From Candidatus Eiseniibacteriota bacterium (lineage in GTDB: Bacteria > Eisenbacteria > RBG-16-71-46 > CAZAMP01), in the NCBI GenBank assembly GCA_965224245.1, contig OZ245046.1, forward strand, positions 4,032,001-4,096,000: a stretch of 64,000 nucleotides of DNA, read 5' to 3'. Positions 29,295 to 37,784 of the stretch are shown here, piece by piece. Position 1 is the stretch's first letter. The number at the start of each line of letters is the position of its first letter. The notes beneath the pieces were generated by a model. That model was not told the DNA's origin and did not search any database. It saw only the letters and a list, made by a program, of their open reading frames with translations. Made by a program: the position numbers and the translations under genes.

Positions 29295-30233
29295 ATGTCA
29301 TTGAAACGGTTTACGACTCTCTCCGCGCTCCTCGCGGTGGCGCTCGGCTGCGCGTCCGGGGGAGCGTCCCGGGACGATCTGGCATCCCGGACGATCACCG
29401 TGGTGGCAACGACGGGCATGATCGGCGACGCCGCGGCCAACATCGGGGGTGACCGCATCGAGGTCACGTCGTTGATGGGCCCCGGCGTCGACCCCCACCT
29501 CTACAAGGCCTCCGAGGGCGACGTGCGCCGCCTCGCGGGTGCCGATCTGATCCTGTTCAACGGCCTTCATCTGGAGGCCAAGATGGCCGAGGTGCTCGAG
29601 GAGATGAACGGGCGCGCCCGCACCGAGCCCGTGGCCCACGCCATCCCCGACGAGCTGATCCACCGGACGGCCGAAGGCGCGCCGGATCCCCACATCTGGT
29701 TCGACGTCACCCGCTGGTCGATGGCGGTGGAGCGGATTCGCGACGTGCTGATCGAGATCGACCCGACCCACGCCGACGGCTACCGCGCCCGCGCCGGCAC
29801 CTACCTGGGCCGGCTCCGCGCGCTCGACGCATCGGTCCGCGACCAGATCGCCGCGATCCCCCCCGAGCAGCGCGTGCTCGTGACGGCGCACGACGCGTTC
29901 GGCTACTTCGGCGACGCGTACGGGTTCGAGGTGCGCGGCCTGCAGGGCATCAGCACGCGCACCGAGGCCGGCACCGGCGACGTGCAGGAGCTCGCGCAGT
30001 TCATCGCCGCCCGCCGGATCCCGGCGATCTTCGTCGAGTCGTCGGTATCGCCGCGCGCGATCGAGGCCGTGCAGGCCGCGGTGGCCGCGCGCAACTTCCG
30101 CGTCGCGATCGGCGGACAGCTCTTCTCCGACGCCATGGGCTCGCCGGGCACACCCGAGGGCACCTACATCGGCATGGTGGCGCACAACGTGCGAACCATC
30201 GTCGCGGCGCTGACGGCCGACGGGCGCGCCTGA
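29295..30233 (+). CDS. troA: Mn/Zn/Fe ABC transporter substrate-binding lipoprotein TroA/MntA
   Basis: Lipobox 'ALGC', 'GPGVDPHLY', 'DPHIWFD', 'HDAFGYF', 'FSDA'. Confidence 0.95.
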   Translation: MSLKRFTTLSALLAVALGCASGGASRDDLASRTITVVATTGMIGDAAANIGGDRIEVTSLMGPGVDPHLYKASEGDVRRLAGADLILFNGLHLEAKMAEVLEEMNGRARTEPVAHAIPDELIHRTAEGAPDPHIWFDVTRWSMAVERIRDVLIEIDPTHADGYRARAGTYLGRLRALDASVRDQIAAIPPEQRVLVTAHDAFGYFGDAYGFEVRGLQGISTRTEAGTGDVQELAQFIAARRIPAIFVESSVSPRAIEAVQAAVAARNFRVAIGGQLFSDAMGSPGTPEGTYIGMVAHNVRTIVAALTADGRA

Positions 30234-31102
30234 TGTCCGCCGAGCCCGTCGTACGCGTGACCGATCTCACGGTTGCGTATCAGGACAAGCCGGTCCTCTG
30301 GGACATCGATCTCTCGGTCCCTCCCGGCGTCCTGATGGCCATCGTGGGACCGAACGGGGCGGGCAAGACGACGCTGCTGCGCTCGATCCTGGGGCTCGTG
30401 CAGCCGGCCGCCGGACAGGTGCTGATCTTCGGCCGGAAGCCCGACGAGGTCCGCCGGCGCATCGGCTACGTACCACAGCGCGAGAGCGTCGACTGGGACT
30501 TCCCGACGTCGGTACACGACGTCGTCCTGATGGGCCGGTACGGCTCGCTGGGCTGGGTGCGCCGTCCCGGAAAGTCCGATCGCGCGCGGGCCGACGCCGC
30601 CATCGAGCAGGTCGGGCTGACCGAGCTCGCCGACCGACAGATCAGCCAGCTCTCCGGCGGGCAGCAGCAGCGCGTGTTCCTGGCCCGCGCGCTCGTGCAG
30701 GATGCCGACATCTACTTCATGGACGAGCCGTTCCAGGGCGTCGACGCCACCACCGAGCGGACGATCGTCGAGCTCCTGCGCGGGCTTCGCGAGCGGGGCA
30801 AGACCGTCCTCGTCGTGCATCACGATCTCCAGAGCGTCGAGGACTACTTCGACTGGGTCACGCTCCTGAACGTGCGTCGAGTCGCGTCGGGGCCGGTCGC
30901 CGAGGCGTTCACGAACGCCAACCTCCGGCTCGCGTACGGGGGCAAGGTCGCGTTCGTGCACCGGCCGCGTCGCGAAGGCGCGGCGCCGGGCCCGACCGAC
31001 GGCGTGCCGATCGGCACCGGCGATCCCGATGACGTGACCACCGACGGCTGGCCCGAGTCCGTCGCCTCGCCGAAGCTCCCGGGCGCGGGAGAGGCCCGAT
31101 GA
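30233..31102 (+). CDS. troB: Metal ABC transporter ATP-binding protein TroB/MntB
   Basis: 'GPNGAGKTT', 'LSGGQQQR', 'MDEPF', 'VHHDL'. Confidence 0.95.
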   Translation: MSAEPVVRVTDLTVAYQDKPVLWDIDLSVPPGVLMAIVGPNGAGKTTLLRSILGLVQPAAGQVLIFGRKPDEVRRRIGYVPQRESVDWDFPTSVHDVVLMGRYGSLGWVRRPGKSDRARADAAIEQVGLTELADRQISQLSGGQQQRVFLARALVQDADIYFMDEPFQGVDATTERTIVELLRGLRERGKTVLVVHHDLQSVEDYFDWVTLLNVRRVASGPVAEAFTNANLRLAYGGKVAFVHRPRREGAAPGPTDGVPIGTGDPDDVTTDGWPESVASPKLPGAGEAR

Positions 31103-32226
31103 GCGGCGTGCTCCACGACCTCGTCTTCGACTACACGCTCCGGACGGTCGCGATCGGGGCCGCGCTCCTGGGGCTCGCGAGCGGAGCCCTGGGCTCGTTT
31201 GCGATGCTCCGCCGTCAGAGCCTCCTCGGCGACGCGATCTCCCACGCGGCGCTCCCGGGGATCGCACTGGCGTTTCTCCTGACCGAGTCCAAGAGCCCGA
31301 TCATCCTGGTCGGGGGTGCCGGCTTCGCGGGCATGCTGGGAATGCTCACGGTGCTCGGAATAACGAACACGACCCGGCTGAAGATCGACGGCGCGCTCGG
31401 CATCGTGCTGTCGGTGTTCTTCGGGTTCGGTCTCGTGCTCCTGACGTTCATCCAGAAGCTACCGACGGCGGCCCAGGCCGGTCTCGACACGTTCCTGTTC
31501 GGTCAGGCAGCCACGCTCCTGACCCGCGACGTGGTCACGATCGGCGTGCTCGGCGCGGCCGCGATCCTCGTCGTGGTGCTGTTCTGGAAGGAGCTCGAGC
31601 TCCTGGTGTTCGATCGCGACTTCGGCGCCAGCCTCGGCTACCCGATGCGGCGGGTCGAGGTGCTCCTGGCGATCCTTCTCGTGACCGCGATCGTGATCGG
31701 GCTCCAGGCCGTCGGCGTGGTCCTGATGAGCGCGCTCGTGGTGGCGCCGGCCGCGGCTGCCCGGCAGTGGACCGATCGGCTGGGGCGCATGGTGGTCCTG
31801 GCCGCGGTCTTCGGGATGTCGGCCGGCGTCGGCGGAACGCTCGTCAGCAGCGCCGGCCGCGGGCTTCCCACCGGCCCCCTGATCGTGCTCACGGCCGGCG
31901 CGATCGTGGCGGTCTCGCTCGTCTTCTCGCCCGGGCGCGGGCTCCTCGCGCAGGCGATCCGACGGCAGCGCAATCAGCGGCGCATCCACGTCGACACCGT
32001 GCTTGCCGATCTCTACGCGCTGAGCCGCCAGCACGTCGATCCCGATTACGCGCATCCCGAGAGCTCGCTCCGGGCGATGCGCCCGTGGCGCGGACGCGTG
32101 CGCCGGAGCCTGGGCGCGCTGGCCGGACGCGGGCTGGCCCGGGAGATCGAAGGCCGATGGGCCATCACTCCCCGCGGCCGCGAGGCGGCCGCCGAGATCA
32201 TCCGGGAAGGGCGGGTCGTGACGTGA
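31099..32226 (+). CDS. troC: Metal ABC transporter permease TroC/MntC with C-terminal winged-helix tail
   Basis: 'SLLGDAISHAALPG', 'LFGQAA', 'LPTGP'. ATGA overlap. Confidence 0.93.
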   Translation: MSGVLHDLVFDYTLRTVAIGAALLGLASGALGSFAMLRRQSLLGDAISHAALPGIALAFLLTESKSPIILVGGAGFAGMLGMLTVLGITNTTRLKIDGALGIVLSVFFGFGLVLLTFIQKLPTAAQAGLDTFLFGQAATLLTRDVVTIGVLGAAAILVVVLFWKELELLVFDRDFGASLGYPMRRVEVLLAILLVTAIVIGLQAVGVVLMSALVVAPAAAARQWTDRLGRMVVLAAVFGMSAGVGGTLVSSAGRGLPTGPLIVLTAGAIVAVSLVFSPGRGLLAQAIRRQRNQRRIHVDTVLADLYALSRQHVDPDYAHPESSLRAMRPWRGRVRRSLGALAGRGLAREIEGRWAITPRGREAAAEIIREGRVVT

Positions 32227-33335
32227 GCGGACCCCAGATCGAGATCCAGCTCATCGCGATGGTCACCTCGGTCGCATGTGCGATCCCGGGGGTGTTCCTC
32301 GTCCTCCGGCGGATGGCGCTCCTGTCCGACGCCATCAGCCACGCGATTCTGCTCGGCATCGTCATCGCGTTCTTCGTCACGCACGACCTGAACTCGCCGA
32401 TCCTGCTGCTCGGGGCCGCCGCCACCGGCGTCCTGACCGCGACGCTGGTCGAGATGCTGCAGCGGACGCGTCTGTTGAAGGAGGACGCGGCGATCGGTCT
32501 GGTGTTTCCGGTGCTGTTCAGCATCGGCGTGCTGCTGATCTCGCGGTACGCGGGCCAGGTGCACCTGGACCTCGACATGGTGCTCCTGGGTGAGGTCGCG
32601 TTCGCGCCGTTCGATCGCGCGTCCTGGCTCGGCGTGGATCTGGGTCCGAGCACGCTGGTCACGATGACGGTGATCCTCCTCGGCAACCTCGCGCTGGTCC
32701 TGGGCTTCTACAAGGAGCTGAAGCTCGCCACGTTCGACGCCGGACTGTCGGCGGCGCTCGGGTTCTCCCCCGCGCTCGTGCACTACGGTCTGATGTCGTC
32801 GGTGTCGATCACCGCCGTGGGGGCATTCGACGCGGTGGGCGCGATCCTCGTGGTCGCGCTGATGATCGCACCCGCCTCGGCGGCGTACCTCCTGACCGAC
32901 GACCTGGCGTGGATGCTGGTGATCGCGTCCGGCATCGGCGTCGTCAGCGCCATCTCGGGCTACTGGGTGGCACACGGTCTGGATGCCTCGATTGCCGGCT
33001 CGATGGCATCGATGGCCGGTGTACTCTTCCTCGTCGTGTACGTGGCCGCACCGCATCGTGGGCTGGTGGCGGTGGTCCGGCGCCGGCGCGGACAGCGAGC
33101 ATCGTTTTCGCGGACGATGCTGGCCATTCACCTGTTCCAACACGAGGGCGCCGCGGACGAGGCGATCGAGTGTCGACTCGATCACCTGACCGATCACCTT
33201 CGCTGGTCACCGCACGACGCGCGGCGGATCGTGCGCGAGGCCGAGGACCGGCGGCTGGTGACGGTCGCGCCCCACGGTGGGCTTCGCCTGACCGACCGGG
33301 GCCGCGAGCTGGCCCGAGAGGTGGTGGTGCGATGA
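32223..33335 (+). CDS. troD: Metal ABC transporter permease TroD/MntD with C-terminal winged-helix tail
   Basis: 'LLSDAISHAILLG', 'HLDLDMVLLGE', 'AFDAVGAILV'. GTGA overlap. Confidence 0.93.
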   Translation: MSGPQIEIQLIAMVTSVACAIPGVFLVLRRMALLSDAISHAILLGIVIAFFVTHDLNSPILLLGAAATGVLTATLVEMLQRTRLLKEDAAIGLVFPVLFSIGVLLISRYAGQVHLDLDMVLLGEVAFAPFDRASWLGVDLGPSTLVTMTVILLGNLALVLGFYKELKLATFDAGLSAALGFSPALVHYGLMSSVSITAVGAFDAVGAILVVALMIAPASAAYLLTDDLAWMLVIASGIGVVSAISGYWVAHGLDASIAGSMASMAGVLFLVVYVAAPHRGLVAVVRRRRGQRASFSRTMLAIHLFQHEGAADEAIECRLDHLTDHLRWSPHDARRIVREAEDRRLVTVAPHGGLRLTDRGRELAREVVVR

Positions 33336-34066
33336 GCGATCGTGACACACGGTCCCGCCGGGATGCCGGCGCCCTCGGACGCGCGCGGGAGACCATCCCT
33401 TCCGAGTCGGTCGACGACTACCTCAAGGCCATCCACGAGCTCGAGGAGACCAGCACGCGCGCGACCACGAGCATCCTCGCCAAGCGCCTCGGCGTGACCC
33501 CGGCCTCGGTCACCGGCATGCTCCGGAAGCTCGCCGAGGCCGAGCCGAGCCTCGTCGACTACCGCAAGCACCACGGGGCCCGGCTCACCGAGCACGGGCG
33601 CCGGCGCGCCCTCGAGGTGCTGCGCCATCACCGTCTGATCGAGACGTTCCTGCACGACACGCTCGGCTACTCCTGGGACGAGGTGCACGCCGAGGCCGAG
33701 CGGCTCGAGCACGCGATCTCCGAGACGTTCGAGGAGCGCATCGCCAAGCAGATGGGCGATCCCGAGGTGGATCCGCACGGACACTCGATCCCCCGCAAGG
33801 ACGGCACGCTCCCCGATCGCGCCGCCGAGACCCGGCTCGCCGAGCTTCCGTCGGGGGGCAGCGGCGTGGTGAGCTGCGTGAACGACGAGGACCCGGCGCT
33901 GCTCCGGTACCTGGCCGATCTCGGCCTCCGGCTGGGCGTGCGGGTGACCATCGTCTCGCGGGCGCCCTTCGACGGTCCGATCATCGTGCGGGTCGACGAG
34001 GCGACCGATGCCCGGCCGGTCAGCCGTCGGGTGGCGGCGCAGGTGCTCGTTTCGCACGTCGTCTAG
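33332..34066 (+). CDS. mntR: DtxR/MntR-family metal-dependent repressor with FeoA domain
   Basis: 'SVDDYLKAI', 'HHRLIETFL', 'EAERLEH', 'DPHG', 'APFDGP'. ATGA overlap. Confidence 0.93.
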   Translation: MSDRDTRSRRDAGALGRARETIPSESVDDYLKAIHELEETSTRATTSILAKRLGVTPASVTGMLRKLAEAEPSLVDYRKHHGARLTEHGRRRALEVLRHHRLIETFLHDTLGYSWDEVHAEAERLEHAISETFEERIAKQMGDPEVDPHGHSIPRKDGTLPDRAAETRLAELPSGGSGVVSCVNDEDPALLRYLADLGLRLGVRVTIVSRAPFDGPIIVRVDEATDARPVSRRVAAQVLVSHVV

Positions 34067-34067
34067 T

Positions 34068-34169
34068 GCTCTCGTGTCCCTTGCGTACGTGCTTCTTGCC
34101 CTCTGCGCGCTCGGGGGAGACCCCTGCCCACCCCAAGGGCAAGCCCCCCTACGCAAACGATGGGAGAGC
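34068..34169. repeat. Long interrupted inverted repeat (about 100 bp)
   Basis: Nested stems GCTCTC/GAGAGC, TTGCGTA/TACGCAA, CTTGCCCT/AGGGCAAG, GGGG/CCCC. Confidence 0.7.
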
Positions 34170-34256
34170 CCCGGCGACCGCTCGTGAAACCGATCCGCGA
34201 CTCCGATAGTATGCAGGTCGCCCTCACCACTGGATCCGCCCGGGATCGGAGGAGCC

Positions 34257-35426
34257 ATGCCGCCGAGCTCACAGGTCAAGATCGCGTTCGTCATCGGTGC
34301 GCTGGGCGTGGGCGGAGCCGAGCGTCAGCTCCTGAAGAAGATCGTCCTGTTGAAGGAGCTCGGCCTCGACGTGTTCCTGGTCACGCTGGCCGAGGGCGGC
34401 AGGCTGACCGACGACTACCGCCGCGCGGGATGCCGGCTCTACGAGCTGCCGCGCGAGCACTCGTTCGAGCTCCGGCGCGTGCGGCGCCTGGCGGAGATCC
34501 TGCGCGCCGAGAAGCCGGACGTCGTGCACGGCGAGCAGTACAACCCCGGCGCCTACGCGCGGCTGGCGGGCTGGATGACCGGGGTGCCGGTGAAGGTGCA
34601 CGCCATCCGATCGGCCTATCCGCGCATCCGCAAGCGCTACCGGATCGCCGAGTTCTTCCTCCGGCGCATCACCGACGCCTACATGGTGAACGCGTCGGCG
34701 ATCAAGGAGCGGACGATCGCCATTCACGGCATCGCGCCCGAGAGGATCCACGTGATCCTGAACGTCTACGACGCCGATGCCTCGAACACCCCGGCGCGGA
34801 CGCCGGGCGAGGTCCGCCGCGAGCTGAGCCTCCCCGACGACGCACCCGTCATCGGAATCGTGGCCTCGCTCGAGCCCGAGAAGAACCACGCGCTCTTCGT
34901 GGAGTTCGCCGCGCGCCTGCATCGCGACCGCCCCGACGTCCGCTTCCTCGTGATCGGCGACGGCCCGCGCCGCGCCGCGACCGATGCCCGCGTGCATGAG
35001 CTCGGCCTGGGCGACGTGATCCACTTCCTGGGCACCCGGCGCGACGTCCCCGACCTCCTGCAGGTCCTGGACGTGTCGGTGAACTGCTCGGTCCGCGAGG
35101 GGCTCTGCAACGCGATCATCGAGTCGATCGCGGCCGGGGTTCCGGTCCTGGCCAGCCGTGTCGGCGGCACGCCCGAGATCGTCACCGAGGGCGTCCAGGG
35201 CGAGCTCTTCACTTCGAACGACGTCGACGGCATGCTCGCGAGCTTCGCAACGCTCGCCGGCGATCTCGACGGATACCGGGCCCGCTCGGCCGGGGCACGC
35301 GCCGCGTTTCTCTCGAACCTCGAGGGCAAACGCATCGCCCGGCAGATGCGTGACATCTACCTCGACTGCCTCGAGCGCCGCGGACGCCTTCCGGCGAACG
35401 CGCGGCTCGAGGCGGCCGGTCACTAG
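34257..35426 (+). CDS. Glycosyltransferase family 4
   Basis: GGAGGAG RBS. 'GVGGAERQL', 'EKNH', 'REGLCNAIIES'. Confidence 0.92.
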   Translation: MPPSSQVKIAFVIGALGVGGAERQLLKKIVLLKELGLDVFLVTLAEGGRLTDDYRRAGCRLYELPREHSFELRRVRRLAEILRAEKPDVVHGEQYNPGAYARLAGWMTGVPVKVHAIRSAYPRIRKRYRIAEFFLRRITDAYMVNASAIKERTIAIHGIAPERIHVILNVYDADASNTPARTPGEVRRELSLPDDAPVIGIVASLEPEKNHALFVEFAARLHRDRPDVRFLVIGDGPRRAATDARVHELGLGDVIHFLGTRRDVPDLLQVLDVSVNCSVREGLCNAIIESIAAGVPVLASRVGGTPEIVTEGVQGELFTSNDVDGMLASFATLAGDLDGYRARSAGARAAFLSNLEGKRIARQMRDIYLDCLERRGRLPANARLEAAGH

Positions 35427-35443
35427 GCCATCGAGGACGACCG

Positions 35444-36586
35444 GTGAGAATCCTCCTCTTCGCGCCCGCGGTCTCGATCCACATGCGCTACTGGGCCGAG
35501 GCATTCACGGCGCGCGGGCACACGCTCACGTTCCTGACCGCGCATCCACCCGAGGACGAGGCGGGCTTCCCCGCGCCGCTCGAGGTCGTCCGGGCCCCGA
35601 CCGGCATGGCCAAGTCGGGGTATCTCCGGACCGTGCCGCGGGTCCGCCAGGTGGTCCGCGCGTTCCGGCCCGACGTGACGATCGCGTACTACGCCACGTC
35701 GTACGGCTTCCTGGCCGCGCTGGCCGGCGTGCACCCGCTGGTCGTGGCCACCGCGGGCAGCGACGTCCTGACGCCGATGTTCAAGCCGGCGCCGATCGGA
35801 TGGCTCCAGCGCCTCGCGGCGCGGCGCGCGCTCACGCATGCCGACACGGTGCTGGCCTGGTCGCGACACCTGGCCACCGCGGCCTTCGGGCACGGCGCGT
35901 CGCCCGATCGCACGGTCGTGCAGTGTCGCGGGATCGACCTGTCGCGGTTCGCGTATCGCGAGGATGGGCCGGCGCCCGGGACCGGCGACCGGCCGCTGCG
36001 CATCGTCTCCACGCGCGGGCTCAAGCCGGTGTATCGCCTCGATCGCCTGATCGAGGCCGGCGCCGCGCTCGTCCAGCGCGGACACGACGTGGATCTGGCC
36101 GTCTTCGGCGACGGACGCTCGCGCGCGGCGCTCACGGATCTCGCGGAGCGAGTCGGTCTCGACCCCGCGCGCGTGCTGCGCGGCCGTGCCGAGCCCGACG
36201 TGATCGCCCGCGCACTGCGGGAGGCCGATCTGTACGTGAGCTTGTCCGAGAGCGACGGGCTCAGCCACTCGCTTCTGGAGGCGATGGCGTGCGGGGCGTA
36301 TCCGATCGTGTCGGATCATCCGTCGTACGCGGAGTGGCTCGTCGACGGGGAGACCGGACGTCTTCTCGACTCGTGCGCGCCGCTGGCCGACGCGATGATC
36401 GAGGTCATGGCCGACGCGGCGCATCGCGAACGCGCGGCCCGGGCCAACCGCGCGCGCGTGGAGCGGGACGGGGACATCCTCGCGAGTATCGGGCGCCTCG
36501 AGGCGATCCTGGCCCGGACGGCCGGGCTCGTGCCGAATACCCGGGTAAGCAGCGCCGGAGACCCCTCCACCGGGACGGGGACGTGA
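35444..36586 (+). CDS. Glycosyltransferase family 4
   Basis: 'GSDVL', 'STRGLKPVY', 'SDGLSHSLLEAMACG'. Confidence 0.9.
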   Translation: MRILLFAPAVSIHMRYWAEAFTARGHTLTFLTAHPPEDEAGFPAPLEVVRAPTGMAKSGYLRTVPRVRQVVRAFRPDVTIAYYATSYGFLAALAGVHPLVVATAGSDVLTPMFKPAPIGWLQRLAARRALTHADTVLAWSRHLATAAFGHGASPDRTVVQCRGIDLSRFAYREDGPAPGTGDRPLRIVSTRGLKPVYRLDRLIEAGAALVQRGHDVDLAVFGDGRSRAALTDLAERVGLDPARVLRGRAEPDVIARALREADLYVSLSESDGLSHSLLEAMACGAYPIVSDHPSYAEWLVDGETGRLLDSCAPLADAMIEVMADAAHRERAARANRARVERDGDILASIGRLEAILARTAGLVPNTRVSSAGDPSTGTGT

Positions 36587-37689
36587 CCACGCCGACCGAC
36601 CGGACCCGGATCGTGTACTTCGCCGGCGGCCACCACGTCGGCGGCATGGAGAGCCACCTCCTCCACCTGATCGCCGGCCTCGATCGCGATCGCTTCGACC
36701 CGATCGTGTGCACGCTGGCCATGGGGCCCGCGTTCGCCGAGCGCCTCGCGACCCTCGACCTCTGCACGGTGGACGTGGGGACACCCCGGCTGACCCGCCC
36801 GGCGGCGATCCTGCGCCTCCGGCGCTTCCTCACCCTCCTTCGTCGCGAACGGCCGCGCCTCCTCCACACGTACGGGTACACGTGCGACGTCGTGGGTCCG
36901 GCGCTGGCCCGCCTCGTCCCCGGCGTCCGGACGATCACGACGCGGCGGGGCGAGGACACGTCGCCTCGCCATCAGGCGATGCGCTCTCGCGTCAACCGCG
37001 TGACCGCGCGCATCGTGTGCGTCTCGGAGGAGACGCGCGCGTTCACCGAGCGCGCCGAGTCGCTCCACGGCACGCCGGTCGACGTGATCCCGAACGGCGT
37101 CGTCATCCCGCCGCCGACCACGCGTGAGCCGTCCCCGCGCCTTCGCATCGGGACGCTGGGTACCGTGAAGCCGATCAAGGGCACCGACCTCCTCGTGGAC
37201 GCGTTTCTGGGGCTGGACGCGTCGCGCGAGTGCGAGCTCGTCATCGGCGGCCGCACCGATCGCTCGGCCGCGTGGGCGCGCGATCTCGTCGCGCGTGTCG
37301 AGGCATCGCCGTGGCGCGAGCGCGTACGCTTCGCGGGGTACCAGGACGATCCCGCGGCGTTCTATCCGGCGATCGACGTGTTCGTCCTGCCGTCACGCTC
37401 GGAGGGCATGTCGAACTCGCTCCTGGAGGCGATGGCCTTCGGTCTCCCGGTGATCGCGACCGACGTGGGCTCGAACGCCTCGGTACTCCGCGGGGACGGC
37501 GGCGCGGGTGGCCTCGTCGTGCGTCCGGAGGTACACGAGATCCGGCGGGCGCTCGAGCGCATGCTCGACGAGCCGGAGGCGCGCGCGAGGTGGGCGTCCA
37601 ACGCACGCCGGACGGCCGAGACGCGGCATTCGCTGGCCGCGATGGTCTCGGCACACGAGGCGCTGTACGAGCGCGTTCTCGCGAGCTGA
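36583..37689 (+). CDS. Glycosyltransferase family 4
   Basis: GTGA overlap. 'VGGMESHL', 'IPNGV', 'SRSEGMSNSLLEAMA'. Confidence 0.92.
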   Translation: MTTPTDRTRIVYFAGGHHVGGMESHLLHLIAGLDRDRFDPIVCTLAMGPAFAERLATLDLCTVDVGTPRLTRPAAILRLRRFLTLLRRERPRLLHTYGYTCDVVGPALARLVPGVRTITTRRGEDTSPRHQAMRSRVNRVTARIVCVSEETRAFTERAESLHGTPVDVIPNGVVIPPPTTREPSPRLRIGTLGTVKPIKGTDLLVDAFLGLDASRECELVIGGRTDRSAAWARDLVARVEASPWRERVRFAGYQDDPAAFYPAIDVFVLPSRSEGMSNSLLEAMAFGLPVIATDVGSNASVLRGDGGAGGLVVRPEVHEIRRALERMLDEPEARARWASNARRTAETRHSLAAMVSAHEALYERVLAS

Positions 37690-37784
37690 CGGGACCTCGA
37701 TCGACCGTTCGTCCCCAGCGCGAAGCCGAGGTGCCGTCTCGATCCCGTATACTTGCGACCTGCCCTGGATTCGAGGAGGTGGTC

